From NCBI GenBank assembly GCA_008632985.1, contig QPGO01000068.1, positions 124,001-188,000 of the forward strand: 64,000 nucleotides of DNA, given 5' to 3'. Origin of the DNA: Psammoneis japonica. Its lineage: Eukaryota. This document shows positions 12,153 through 25,700 of the stretch, in pieces. The notes under the pieces are model-generated. The model worked only from the letters and a program-made list of their open reading frames with translations, had not been told where the DNA came from and ran no database searches. How positions within the stretch are numbered: position 1 is the first letter of the stretch; each line of letters starts with the position of its first letter. A program made the position numbers and the translations under genes.

Positions 12153-13581
12153 CTATCGAGACGCAAAAGTAAGCTTGCATGCCGCAACGGCAATGTCGTC
12201 TCTGTAACTTCCGTCGTATTCGTCACGCCACGCTTTCGCGGCTTGCATAATCAAGTCTCTACTGGCCGTGAGCGGATGACCGCTGCGTCTTTACTGTAAA
12301 AGGCGTTTGCAAAAACTTTTGCAATCGTCTTGCGTGGCACAAAGTCCATCATTCCGTCAGTGGCGGACACCGCGAAAATCTCAACGTCAGTCTCCGAAGT
12401 AGGAGAACATGTATCTGACACCGCCGCCGCTTTGCCATCAACGACTGCAGCTTCACAGGTTGGTTCTTCCTCTAGAATGCTCACTATAATCTCGTCAATA
12501 TCCAAGACATCAACAACGGGGTCCGGAATCACACCCTTGATATCGCAATCACCAATACTTCGACTCATTGCAACGCCATACCACCATCCAGTTTTGGGAT
12601 CTACCATCATAGCACGGGGTGAATCTTCATCATCTTCTGGTATATTGACCTTGCCCCCATGGCTTCTATTCTTGCTCGTTCTTCAGGCAAGTCTGGTTTG
12701 TCCTCACGAGACACATAAACTATTTTCGTTTCGCCCGAAGTCCGAAGGTGGCCACCACAAAGGTCTGGCTATCACCAGCATTAGCAATGTATATTTTTCT
12801 CCCCAACTGCAACGCAACCGACGCAGTACATCCTCCCTCGTATTTTGTTGGTGCCGGTAAACTGAAGATAAATAAAGATATCTGCCGTAAGAACAAGACG
12901 AGGAATGCAGAAACCGTCGCTATGAGCAGTGCAGGTGCATGCTTACTCTCTTTCAATCTCGACAAACGTCTCGTTTAACGCACGAACTACTTCTTTGTCT
13001 ATCATTTGGATCATCCAGCACTTTCTTGGTCAAGTAGAGCTCGAGCTTTTCCGACAGTCGACTTGGAACCTGTTCTACTGCGTACTGCGAAACAATTTCT
13101 CCTCTTTTCGAATGGCCATCAAACACGCCAAGAAGTCTCGCATTTGGAAGGCTGACATTTCGGAGGCGAAAGGGTGACAAAACAAAAGACCGGTCTTGAT
13201 TGACTCTCTCGTTTTCGGGCTCTCCTTGTCTCCAATCATTGTCATTGTTACCTGGTTGCTGTTTCCACACGATTCCAACTCTTGCAGCGCTCGTTTTGCC
13301 TTCCAAAGCGTCTTTGTTTTGGTCCGCCGTCTCTGAAAGGATATCCAACGCATCGCTGGCAATTTCATCAAACATAACATCTCGAGGATAGTTTGGACAA
13401 CCATGGGAAAAGCATATTTTCCGTTAGTGATGGAAGAATCTGCTATGTCAGTTGGCACTGAAGCAACTGCTGCGGTCGAAAGGAACCAACACACCACAAC
13501 TCTCAACACGAGGACTCGGTGTTGCGACGGCCATCTCTGTAGCTGTCGTCTTTGAATAGAAATCAATTCTTCAGAGTCCAT
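12153..13581 (-). CDS. PP2C-family phosphatase, broken by several frameshifts (assembly error or pseudogene)
   Basis: NQDR, FDGH, GGCTASV, ANAGDS, AMSRSIGD, ATDG and YRDDIAV spread over several frames plus a probable intron at ~12850-12930; stop lies 6 bp from the convergent PP2C stop. Confidence 0.75.
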
Positions 13582-13918
13582 CTTATACCAAAAAGAAGAA
13601 CGGAAATCAGCGATTGTGTTCACCATTGTGAAATTTTGTCGATTCATACAGTAGCTGATGGTGATGGATTCTTTAGCCACGCGGCAAAAAATTCGGAAAC
13701 GTTACGTTAGCGTTGGCGCACGGATTCCTCGCTGTTTTCGCGCGACTTTCACAACAAGCCGTTGCCGCCAAACGCGGGAGACGATGAACGATGAACATTA
13801 GAGTTAGTAGGGTGGGAGCAGGAGATAGCAAACGTAATACTTCAAATCAGGCATCCTCGCACATCACGATAGCACAGAACAGTTTTAGATTATTGTTTGA
13901 TTAATTTTCGAAGCGCAT

Positions 13919-15310
13919 CTAGCTGGCTGATGGCGGCGTCCTTATCTTGCTGACCGCAATCGAAATGTCATCACGGTATCTTCCTTGCTTCGCATAGTGC
14001 CACCCAGTGGCGGCAATAGTAATCAGATGCTCACATCCAGAGAGAGGATGTGGCCCATCCGGATCAAATAAACTAGTAGCAACGGCTGTGGCAATATCTT
14101 CGGGTGAGACGTAGTCAGTTAGCCCGTCTGTAGCCGAAACAGCAAAGATATGAACATCATCCACTCCCAGATTGTTGTCTAAAATCTCTTCAGCTGTACA
14201 CGATTCCATAGCAACCTCACCCAGGTCGCTCACCACCATACAAGAATGAAGGCTGGACATTTCGCCAGCCACTATTTCCGGGATATCAAGAACATCTACA
14301 ATGGGATCAGGAATAACCCCAAACTTGCCAACCTCCCAGTCACCAATACTCCGACTCATTGCCAATCCATTTCTTGCACCCGTCACCGGATCTGTGTACA
14401 AAACACGTGTCGTGCCACCACCACGAGGAATATACACGCTACCGCCAGCTGCTTCCACCCTCGCCCTTTCATCAGGTAGGTGTGGCTTGTCCTCTCGACT
14501 TTGATACACAATGTTGGTCTTGCCTGTATTCTTGTGGTAAGCAATTATGAACGATATGCTGTCACCGGCATTGGCAACGTATATCTTACTACCCTTTTGC
14601 AGGACCACCGAAGCAGTACAGCCACCCGACTCCTCGGCCGGGACGCGCTTGTCTAATTCCACAAAAGTCTCAACCAGAGCCACTTTTGTTGCGTCGTCCT
14701 CTTGTTCTGCAGAAAGTGATTGTTTGGCAATTTTTTCAAGTTTGGAAGAAAGCAGCTTTGGAAGATTCACAACAGTGTACTCTGAGACATGTTCGCCCAG
14801 AGCGGCATGCCCATCAAACACTCCAAGCAGGCGATTCTGAGGAACGTCACCACCCGCGTCCGAAGCCGGGTCGTCATCATCTTCGGTGTATTCACGAATA
14901 TGAAAAGGCGATACAACAAAAGCTCGATCCTGGTTTATTTGAGATGCCATCCTTCCACCTTTGTACCCAATCAGCGTTAATGTTGCCTTTTCTGAGTCTC
15001 CGGACGACTCCAACATCATGAGGGACTCGTTGCTGTCTACAGACGAATCATCGTCAGAGGATGATTCAAGTTGTTCCCGTTGCGCTTTTCTGATTGCTTC
15101 AAGGGCTTCCTTGGCATCCGGATCGTAATTTATATCGACTGGGAGAAGTGGGCATCCATAAAACGAACATTTTTTTCTTCGCGTCCTGGGCTCTTCTTGC
15201 TGTACTTGGGCAAAGGATAAAGCTGGCTGAGACAACGCAGCGGTTGTCACTGCCAATATGAACGAAATCTGCTTTGGATACATTGAAACGCGACCGATAA
15301 ATTGCGACAT
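13919..15310 (-). CDS. PP2C-family phosphatase with signal-peptide-like N-terminus
   Basis: Intact ORF with NQDR, FDGH, ANAGDS, LAMSRSIGD, ATDG and RDDISI. Confidence 0.9.
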   Translation of the reverse strand: MSQFIGRVSMYPKQISFILAVTTAALSQPALSFAQVQQEEPRTRRKKCSFYGCPLLPVDINYDPDAKEALEAIRKAQREQLESSSDDDSSVDSNESLMMLESSGDSEKATLTLIGYKGGRMASQINQDRAFVVSPFHIREYTEDDDDPASDAGGDVPQNRLLGVFDGHAALGEHVSEYTVVNLPKLLSSKLEKIAKQSLSAEQEDDATKVALVETFVELDKRVPAEESGGCTASVVLQKGSKIYVANAGDSISFIIAYHKNTGKTNIVYQSREDKPHLPDERARVEAAGGSVYIPRGGGTTRVLYTDPVTGARNGLAMSRSIGDWEVGKFGVIPDPIVDVLDIPEIVAGEMSSLHSCMVVSDLGEVAMESCTAEEILDNNLGVDDVHIFAVSATDGLTDYVSPEDIATAVATSLFDPDGPHPLSGCEHLITIAATGWHYAKQGRYRDDISIAVSKIRTPPSAS

Positions 15311-15503
15311 TCGAGCAAACAATCACAAGGCCTTATCTCGAGCACGATAAACGTTCTAAGTGATGGGCATCAGCCGACCCAGGAGCAACCTGAATGCAGA
15401 ACACAGAACACACAGCCAGGTTGCCATCACAGTACAGGCCATCGAGCTCTCGACGCGACGCACGACGAATGAGCGGAGGTTGCAGTTTCGAAAAGATATG
15501 TGG

Positions 15504-16096
15504 TGACGTCATGAAGTATCATGCAAATCGAATGACTCGACTAAATAATGGAGAATGGACGTAAGAAATCCAAGTGAGACATTTTGGAAAGTGACGTGGT
15601 TTTTGGTTGTTCTCTCGAACCTGAGCTGGCAAACTTGAATTCTTTTGTGATAGTAGTGTCCGAATCTGTTAAATAAAATTGTTCTTCCAATTCATGAAGA
15701 ACATGCATCACGGTTTCCATTTTCGTTAAGTCTTGTGATGAAAATGACATTTACGGTGCTGAGTCCAACTAAGTAATGAAGTCGTATAGGGGTCCTACTC
15801 ACTCAGTAGTAGTGTGCGTTGGCCCTGCCACGAACCCGTGCCATCTGCTGGGATAGTTCAACTCCGGGTTGTTCATTCTGACGTAGTTGAAGTCGATCGA
15901 TCGTGGGTGTCATCAGATAAAAGATTGAAATATCGTCATTCTTGGATAATTATTTATCTCTTGTAGTCGTGAAATTGCGAACCCAACATCAATCAGCGCA
16001 AGATGTTGCTGACGTGTCAATGACGTCTATCAGAAGAAAGACGTTTCTGTCATTAAATAGAAAAAAGAAAGCATCATGAACAATCGACACTGACGT
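15504..16096. promoter_or_regulatory. Cluster of six TGACGT bZIP (aureochrome-type) boxes
   Basis: TGACGT at 15504 (palindromic TGACGTCA), 15592, 15879, 16010, 16021 and 16091, between divergent genes. Confidence 0.45.
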
Positions 16097-16173
16097 GGTG
16101 CAAGGAATTCGCAACCGTGGCATGTAGAAACGCGTAGGTCAGTACCGGCGAAGGGTGATGGCGGTGTTCTTCA

Positions 16174-16941
16174 ATGACTGAGAGGGAGAAGAATACAGTT
16201 CGGTTTCTTTCGCTCACGGAAAACCGGACAAGTCCTCAATCCCACAATACAGGAGGCACAAACATCGACAACAACACCATGATGGACACGATGCCCAGTC
16301 AATCGACGCTCCCAGCTACCAGAGCGCTCGAAATGCTTCAAGGAAACATGCCAGCAAGGGAATACAGACGTACAGCGATAGTCTCTCCCGACTCTTCGGG
16401 CTCGTCCCTCTCTTCTATGGGCGATGGCGAAAGCAGACAGGCGTTTGACATGAACGACTTGCTGCGGGCGACTCGGCCTGTTGAAGACTCTGTAGCTTTT
16501 CCTGTCATCGAATGGTGCAGGGATGATTCAGATGAGGGCGATACAGACGGAATACCAGTGTCGAGAAAGAACAAGGCACAACACGATGACGAAGAAGAGA
16601 CCTGTCTCGGCAAAAGACGGCGGTCTGGACCTCAGTTGGGCCGAAGCAAGTCACTCAAAATGGATCTCTCTTCGCTTGTCAGCTCGAGTTCACTAGGGCC
16701 TGCTACATTGGCTCTTGAGACAAAGCTACAGTTTGGTAGCTGGGGACAATTTGTGTCTGATGACGATGCACCTACCTTTTCAATTGGCTCCAACAAGTCG
16801 CCGACCTATCCACGAACACAAAGACAACGATCAAGCAAGTCACCCGTTTCTCGATGTCAACAAAGAGAAAGATTACAGCTCTTCTCTCAAGAACCAAAGG
16901 CATTTGAGTTGACAGAGATGAGTCGACGCATCGTTCTCTAG
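16174..16941 (+). CDS. Hypothetical Ser-rich protein
   Basis: 255-aa ORF, low complexity, basic KRRR patch; true start may be the MM at ~16279. Confidence 0.6.
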   Translation: MTEREKNTVRFLSLTENRTSPQSHNTGGTNIDNNTMMDTMPSQSTLPATRALEMLQGNMPAREYRRTAIVSPDSSGSSLSSMGDGESRQAFDMNDLLRATRPVEDSVAFPVIEWCRDDSDEGDTDGIPVSRKNKAQHDDEEETCLGKRRRSGPQLGRSKSLKMDLSSLVSSSSLGPATLALETKLQFGSWGQFVSDDDAPTFSIGSNKSPTYPRTQRQRSSKSPVSRCQQRERLQLFSQEPKAFELTEMSRRIVL

Positions 16942-17961
16942 ATCCACAATCCATCCTCAATCATAAAATGTAAATAGCAATGACAATATAGCGAAAACAT
17001 GATTCATAACGCAGCTACGATATCCATACTAACTTCTACTCTAGAATTAACTGGCTACAGGCTCCCTAAGTTGTATGAACTACTAATCATACTAAGTGTT
17101 TTTGCACAACATCAGTTCATGTTGATTGGCGATTGTTGGAGACACCAAATCATGCCCTGTTGGTTGCGTTGACATCCGGTTCCCTCCAGATGATGTGATG
17201 ACGTGATTGCGGTTCGCGGTTTTTGATGGAAGTTCTTCGTCGCGAAAGATCGTGGCTGCCTGGATGGGTCGTGATCTGGTCGTGATGGCGTCAGCTCATT
17301 CTGTGTCTGACGTGGTTGCCAGCATCTGCTACGTTCAATTCAGTACCTTTTCTACGATAAGTTGAAGTTGTGGTTGTTCGGTCGAGCCAATCTTTTTTAA
17401 AATCTGGTACGAAATTTCAAAAATCTTGGGCATCAAATTGAGAAGGGGTCAATCAAATATGCGAAGTTGTTCACAGTTCACAGCTGATCATATCAGCTGT
17501 CGTCCCCTTGACCCTTGACCTGATGTTGACGCGTCATCATCAACGGTTGCTTTCAATGCCATCGCTCTCGGAAAAGTGAGAAGGAAAGCAACACCATGAG
17601 CCATGAGAACCCTAGAAAAGAAAAACCGTTCCCGCTGCGGTTGTTGTATGGACGCCTTTGTTGCGATTTCGTCTTAGTGTTCCCATGCGGCACTCCTCTA
17701 CTGTTGACTGTACTCGTGTTCATATCATAAGCGTTGCCATCCACTGCAGCACGTTCGATTAAGCCATGATGTGAATCCAATTCATGCTGCTGTTACGTCG
17801 CACTTTTCATTTCAGCAGTCTTCCTGAGAGACAATGATTGCATCCACAACAACGCATTTCAAAGCCAGCAAAGGTTTTCGCTGCGTTCGAAAGTACCATC
17901 ATACACATCCGTCTTAAAATTGAAGTGCCCTCAGAATGAAGAGTGCAAGTAAGCGGCAACT

Positions 17962-18215
17962 CTACAGTTTTCCTTGCTGCAACGTCTTCTTTCGCGATTC
18001 GTTCCTCTTCAAAAGCCAGCGAGCTCTTGCGTCATCGAGGTAGCCAAAGAATTGCTGGTACCGTTGGAATTTTCCGTGTGGCCCCTCTTTGACGGTTCCG
18101 TAGTGATGGAGCCGATGGTCTCGAATGCCAACAAACCATCTTCGCCAAACATTAGGAGCTTTCGCCGCTGCATGACTCTCTGCAAGCATCCAAGTGACCA
18201 GCATGTTGTGCAGAG
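17962..18215 (-). pseudogene. Fatty acid hydroxylase/sterol desaturase family gene, 3' part
   Basis: ESH and HRLHH His boxes; reads in frame with the part beyond 28030 once the LTR composite and one TSD copy are removed (…RLARAL|HNMLVTW…). Confidence 0.8.
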
Positions 18216-18579
18216 TGCCGAGCATCACGGTCATCTATATTCATTCGTATGTTCATTCGTGGGTGTCAGCCTGGTGTCAAAAGTGTCAAAAGGATGTCAA
18301 CGATGACACTTTCTAGAAACCTCTTCTCCTTTCTCGATACATCTCGATGCCTCTCGAAAGATTGTTTCTTTACATTTCTGCGCGGTTTCTTAGCATTAAT
18401 TCTACGAGATTTCGGAGTAGCCGAATCTCTTTCATTTCTTCTCACAATGTTGGCAACAGTCAACTTTACAACGCTACTTTGTGCCATTACTTGGCGCCAC
18501 TTGGCATGGTAAATTTACTCCCAAACACCCATTCATCTCTCTTGAGACACATCCACCGATCACATTGTCCTGACCAGAC

Positions 18580-21500
18580 ATGTCAGCAGAAAACTGCCCA
18601 TTCGAACTCAAGCGTCCTGACTGCTCTGAGGAAGAGCGACGCAAAGACCAACTCGTGTCTTTTGAAAGCCCCATTGATCCTGACGATCCAGATGGGCTTA
18701 AAACTACGATCGAGGTGCGTAAGTTAGCTTCAACTGAACCGGAAGATGTTCTTACCTTCTGGTCAAACTTCGATGAACTTGTCAACGATCTCGGCGCGGC
18801 TGAAGGACAGCCACGTTTCCGGCTCGTGACCAGACTCATGACCGGAACACCAAAAGACGACTGGGAAATCGTCGTAAACGAACACGAAAACCGCGACCAA
18901 GTTACATTCGATGCTTGTCGTGAAGAATTTCCACTCCAATGCATGGACAGAGAAATTGCCCTTGATGCCAAGGAATGGCTTCAAAGCCTTGAGAAACCCA
19001 GGAACCAAACTGTCAAGTCATTTGTTAATGACATCCGTCGCTTTAATGAGTTGATTGATGTCAACCAAAGATGACGCCGAAAGAGTTCCGTCATTCACGG
19101 AAGCGGAATTGTCCGTAATCCTTCGAAAATGTGGACCAAGATCATGGGCCGAAACTCAGACTAAAGCCCGTCTTCGCAACTTAAACTTGAACGACCAAGC
19201 TCAATGCTACGAGACTCTCCGACGTATGGAACAACGTGGTGACAAAGGGTCTGCCGACAACAACAGACGCAATGACAATCGGAGTCGACGCAACAACGGT
19301 CGAAACACGCGTCGCGGCCAGAATGACGACCAAAATCGCGACACCAGGAACAGGAACCAAAACAATCGTGAACAAACATGTCCAATCCATGGCGTTGTAC
19401 ATCCGAACGGTCAAGAGTGCAATGTCATCCGTCGTGAACGTGAAAATTATGAGCGGAACCGCGCAAATCGGAATGCGCCGAATCAACAAAACAACTCTCG
19501 AAACGAGCCGACACACCGCTGTCCCACACGGAGCCGCACACGGAACGTCGAAAACAATGATGTGGACTCCAAAGCTAGTCGCTCCGCTTCTAACGATGTC
19601 GACAGCGTCGCGTCAGATGATGTCAACGATGTTTTTGAAGACGTCACGTCTCTTCTGGATGATTCCATTGAATCCGAAATAGAAGACAATCTTACCACGG
19701 AAGCGCGTGTCCAGATGATTGATGCTCATTCTGGAATGCACAAGTTCCGTGTTGCTTTGCTCGATGCCGGTGCAAATCGCAATTTTGTGAAGCGCTCAGC
19801 CCTTCGCGGGATTCCTCACAAAATCCACAAATGTGACGTTCCCGTCAAAGGCCGTTACAGTGCCGTTAATCTGCACGAGATTGCGACGCTGACATTGAAG
19901 TTCCCAGACTTCGCATCGTCCAAGAAGGTTTCCGTCGATGCTCACGTGGAAGACAAAGCCACAGGAAAACACGACATTGTCATCGGAAGAAAAACCGCCA
20001 CAGAAATGGGACTCGTTTTTGATTTTCGACATCAGACAATCACGTGGGACGATGTCACCCCATCCATGTGATCCAAGGGCTCTTTCGACCAAGTCGAAGT
20101 TAATGCAATTCATCCGGCGATGCTGAATTACCCAAGTTCTTCCAGAATGCCGTCAACCGTCAGGTTCGAGGTGTGACGAGCAACATGCACGACAAGCACA
20201 ATTGTCGCGACATGGTTCTATGCTGCAAACACCTTGATGACGATCAACAGCACCAACTCATCGAACTCTTCGGACGACACCCGCAATTGTTCGATGGTGC
20301 ACTTGGAGCTGCACCCGGCAAACCCGTCCATTTGACCCTGAAACCAGGATCGCGTCCATGCTGTGCGAAAGCTTGCACTGTTCCGCAAGCGTCACATCCC
20401 ATGGCTCGCAAAGAAGTGGATGAATTGGAAAAAATCGATGTTGTTGCGCGCAAACTTCACTCTCCTTGGGGCGCATCCTGTCTTTTCCGATCGAAGAAAA
20501 GCGGTGGCATCCGTTTCTTATCCGATTTACGGAAACTCAACGAGTGTCTCGAACGGCATCCACATCCACTGCCCATTGTCGACGACGTCGTATGGAAAAT
20601 GAACGGCTTTACCCATGCAACATGTTTGGACCTCAACCGAGGCTGCTGTCACTTCGTGCTTGACGACGAGTCAAAAAAACTCTGCGGCATCATCCTGCCG
20701 TGGGGCAAGCATTGCCACAACCGCCTGCCGCAAGGAATCAAACCGGCAAGCGATGTTTTTCAAGCTCACATGACAGACATTTTTCATGATGTGGAAGATG
20801 TCATAGTCTGCATCGACAACATCATCCTCTTGCCAAGAACAACTTCAACCATCACTGTCAACGACTCGAACTCGTCTTGCAACGGCTCCTCGTGAACAAT
20901 CTTCACGCACATGTCGAAGAATCCCATCTCGCCACCAAGACCGTCGACTGCTTGGGCTGTGCCATGACTGCAAAAGGCACTCAGCCTCAGAAAAAGAAAA
21001 TCCTGCCCTTGCTTCGCTTCGCTAGCCCTCAAAACCGTCGACAATTACGTGGTTTCATCGGGTTCGTGAATTGTTGCAAGAAATTGTGGTGCCGACGCAG
21101 CCACACTCTTACGCCCTTAACTGCGCTGTCATCAGACAAAGTCAAATTCAAGTGGACTGACGTCCACACGGAAGCTTTCAATCAGATGAAAAAAATTGTG
21201 GCGCGCGAAATCCTCCTCCGATTCCCCGACTTCTCTCAACCTTTCAAGATCTATCCGGATGCGAGTGATTGTCAACTTGGTGCAGTGATCACTCAAGATT
21301 TTGACGATGGCGAATGGCCAATTGCATTCTGCAGCCGAAAATTGTCTCAAGCGCAACGAAACTACACGACAATGGAAAAAGAGCTGCTGTCGCTCGTGGA
21401 AACGACCGAAAATTTCAAAAGCATCCTTTTTGGTCATCGATGCCACCCATTTGCCGATCACAAAAATCTCACATTTGACAAATTCAAGTCAGAACGCGTC

Positions 21501-22722
21501 AAACGCTGGCGTTTGCTTCTCGAGGAGTGCGATTGCTCTTTCGAGCACCTGCCAGGCCACAAGAATGTCGTGGCTGATTTTTTGAGTCGCCATCCTGTTG
21601 TCCAAGTCGATCAAAGCGATTACGAGGAAATGACTTCGTTGGAAATCGATCCTTCGACATTCCCCGTTACTTTCGACATTGTCGCCGACCATCAGAAAAA
21701 AGATTCTGCTCTTCAGCAACGACTCGACAAGTCCGAATCCTGCTCAGCCGAACCATTCAACGGAAAACAGATTGTCCTTTACAAGAACAAGATTGTCCTC
21801 CCTCCAACGCTTTTTCCTGCAGTTCTACGGTGGTGCCATGAAACTCTCTGCCACCCTGGTGCCAATCGCACCTGCCAAACTTTGGCTTCACATTTTTACA
21901 TTCGCGACATGCAGACGAAAGTCCGCACTTTTGTCCGCAAGTGCCGCACGTGTTCCAAATCCAAGCGCACTGCGGCAAACTGTGGCGAATTGCCTCTTCC
22001 AGATGCTGCTCACAAACCTTGGCAGGCAACTCAAGTCGATCTTTTCGGTCCCTGGACGTGTGCCGACAAAAATGGTGTCGATCGCAAAATCAGAGCCGTT
22101 TCAATTGTTGATGTCGCAACCCGTTGGGTCGAACTTGCGAACTGTGAGTTCAAAACGTCCGAAGACATTTCACTTGTCGTCGATCGCGAGTGGTTTTGTC
22201 GCTATCCGCGACCAGAAATTGTCATTTATGACAACGGTTCCGAATTCACTTCCGAGTTTACAGATCTCCTCTACAGTTGTGGTGTTAAACCGAAACCTGC
22301 AACAATCAAGAATCCTCAAGCCAATGCGTTCGTTGAACGCATTCATCAAGTGACAGCCGATTCTCTCCGTGCGATGGATCTCCCTTCTCGCGATCATGAT
22401 GAAGACACAATTCATGGAATTTTGCAATCCGTTGCATGGGCCTTGCGCAGTGCCTGCCACACTGCCCTCATGTCGTCTCCCGGACAAATTGTCTTCGGTC
22501 GAGACATGGTCATTTCTGCTGCTTGTCTTGCGAACTGGAAAATGATTAACACCCGTCGCAAGCGCGATGTCCTGCGCAACAATCTCCGCGAAAACGCAAA
22601 ACGTCTTGCTTGCGACTGCAACATCGGCGATCAAGTCTTCGTCATGACCAAAGACATCCAACGCAAACTCAACACCAAAGATGGTCCTTTCCGCATCGTG
22701 CGTGTCCATGCCAATGGAACCG
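18580..22722 (+). pseudogene. Gypsy family A gag-pol (gag, PR, RT, RNase H, IN), hypermutated, broken near the 3' end
   Basis: LLDAGA protease, RT (LPQG, CIDN), DAS RNase H, HPG/C-x2-C zinc finger and DDE integrase, in Gypsy order. Confidence 0.9.
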
Positions 22723-25700
22723 AAGTGGCGCCAAGCAACAGCACAAAGCAGCGTTGTAAAGTTGACTGTTGCCAATGTTGTGAGAAGAAATGAAAGAGAT
22801 TCGGCTGCTCCGAAATCTCGCAGAATTAATGCTAAGAAACCGCGCAGAAATGTAAAGAAACAATCTTTCGAGAGGCATCGAGATGTGTCAAGAAAGGAGA
22901 AGAGGTTTCTAGAAAGTGTCATCGTTGACATCCTTTTGACACTTTTGACACCAGGCTGACACCCACGAATGAACATGCGAATGAACACAGATGACCGTGA
23001 TGCTCGGCACTCGCTTCCCCAATTGAGACGTTAGAAGACAGGGTGAAGACGGCGGATGTTGACACGTTCAGTGACGTGAGGCGAGCGCTGGATGGCAACG
23101 GTTCCATTGGCATGGACACGTGCGATGCGGAAAGGACCATCTTTGGTGTTGAGTTTGCGTTGGATGTCTTTGGTCATGACGAAGACTTGATCGCCGATGT
23201 TGTAGTCGCAAGTGAGACGTTTTGCGTTTTCGCGGAGATTGTTGTGCAGGACATCGCGCTTGCGACGGGCACCAATCATTTTCCAGTTCGCAAGATGAGC
23301 AGCAGAAATGACCATGTCTCGACCGAAGACAATTTGTCCGGGAGACGACATGAGGGCAGCATGGCAGGTGCTGCGCAAGGCCCATGCAACGGATTGCAAA
23401 ATTCCATGAATTGTGTCTTCATCATGATCGCGAGAAGGGAGATCCATCGCACGGAGAGAATCGGCTGTCACTTGATGAATGCGTTCAACGAACGCATTGG
23501 CTTGAGGATTCTTGATTGTTGCAGGTTTCGGTTTAACACCACAACTGTAGAGGAGATCTGCAAACTCGGAAGTGAACTCGGAATCGTTGTCACAAATGAC
23601 AATTTCTGGTCGCGGATGGCGACAAAACCACTCGCGATCGACGACAAGTGAAATGTCTTCGGACGTTTTGAACTTACAGTTCGCGAGTTCGACCCAACGG
23701 GTTGCGACATCAACAATTGAAACGGCTCTGATTTTGCGATCGACACCATTTTTGTCGGTGTGCGTCCAGGGACCGAAAAGATCGACTTGAGTTGCCTGCC
23801 AAGGTTTGCAAGTGGCATCTGGAAGAGGCAATTCGCCACAGTTTGCCGCAGTGCGCTTGGATTTGGAACACGTGCGGCACTCACGGACAAAAGTGCGGAC
23901 TTTCGTCTGCATGTCGCGAATGTAAAAATGTGAAGCCAAAGTTTGGTGGGTGCGATTGGCACCAGGGTGGCAGAGAGTTTCATGGCACCACCGTAGAACT
24001 GCAGGAAAAAGCATTGGAGGGAGGACAATCTTGTTCTTGTAAAGGACAATCTGTTTTCCGTTGAATGGTTCGGCTGAGTAGGATTCGGACTTGTCGAGTC
24101 GTTGCTGAAGAGCAGAATCTTTTTTCTGATGGTCGGCGACAATGTCGAAAGTAACGGGGAACATCGAAGGATCGATTTCCAACGAAGTCATTTCCTCGTA
24201 ATCGCTTTGATCGACTTGGACAACAGGACAGCGACTCAAAAAATCAGCCACGACATTCTCATGGCCTGGCAGGTGCTCGAAAGAGCAATCGTGCTCCTCG
24301 AGAAGTGAACGCCAGCGTTTGACGCGTTCTGACTTGAATTTGTCAAATGCAAGATTTTTGTGATCGGCAAACAGGTGGCATCGATGACCAAAAAGGATGC
24401 TTTTGAAATTTTCGGTCGTTTCCATGAGCGACAGCAGCTCTTTTTCCATTGTCGTGTAGTTTCGTTGCGCTTGAGATGATTTTCGGCTGTAGAATGCAAT
24501 TGGCCATTCGCCATCGTCAAAATCTTGAGCAATCACTGCACCAAGTTGACAATCACTCGCATCCGGATAGATCTTGAAAGGTTGAGAGAAGTCGGGGAAT
24601 CGGAGGAGGATTTCGCGCGCCACAATTTTTTTCATCTGATTGAAAGCTTCCGTGTGGACGTCAGTCCACTTGAATTTGACTTTGTCTGATGACAGCGCAG
24701 TTAAGGGCGTAAGAGTGTGGCTGCGTCGGCACCACAATTTCTTGCAACAATTCACGAACCCGATGAAACCACGTAATTGTCGACGGTTTTGAGGGCGAGC
24801 GAAGCGAAGCAAGGGTGGGATTTTCTTTTTCTGAGGCTGAACACCTTTTGCAGTCATGGCACAGCCTAAGCAGTCGACGGTCTTGGCGGCGAGATGGGAT
24901 TCTTCGACATGTGCGTGAAGATTGTTCACGAGGAGCCATTGCAAGACGAGTTCGAGTCGTTGACAGTGATGGTTGAAGTTGTTCTTGGTAAAGAGGATGA
25001 CATTGTCGATGCAGACTGTGATGTCTTCCACATCATGAAAAATGTCTGTCATGCAAGCTTGAAAAACATCGCTTGCCGGTTTGATTCCTTGCGGCAGGCG
25101 GTTGTGGCAATGCTTGCCCCACGGCAGGATGACACCGCAGAGTTTTTTTGACTCGTCGTCAAGCACGAAGTGATGGTAGCCTCGGTTGAGGTCCAAACAT
25201 GTCGCACAGGTAAAGCCGTTCATTTTCCACACGACGTCGTCGACAACAGGTAGTGGACATGGATGCCGTTCGAGACACTCGTTGAGTTTCCGTAAATCGG
25301 ATGAGAAACGGACACCACCGCTTTTCTTCGATCGGAAAAGACAGGATGCGCCCCAAGGAGAGTGAAGTTTGCGCGTAACAACATCGATTTTTTCCAATTC
25401 ATCCACTTCTTTGCAAGCCATGGGACACAACGCTTGCGGAACAGTGCAAGCTTTCGCACAGCATGGACGCGATCCTGGTTTCAGGGTCAAATGGACGGGT
25501 TCACTGGGTGCAGCTCCAAGTGCACCATCGAATGATTGCGGGTGTCGTCCGAAGAGTTCGATGAGTTGGTGCTGTTGATCGTCATCAAGGTGTTTGCAGC
25601 GTAGAACCATGTCGCGACAATTGTGCTTGTCGCACGCATTGCTCGTCACACCTCGAACCTGACGGTTGACGGCATTCTGGAAGAACTTGGGTAATTCAGC

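Noticed and set aside
18507..18522. Canonical tRNA PBS beginning TGG
   Set aside because: The second copy reads CAG at the same place, implying TGG is a mutated TAG; no match to a tRNA 3' end that I recognise.
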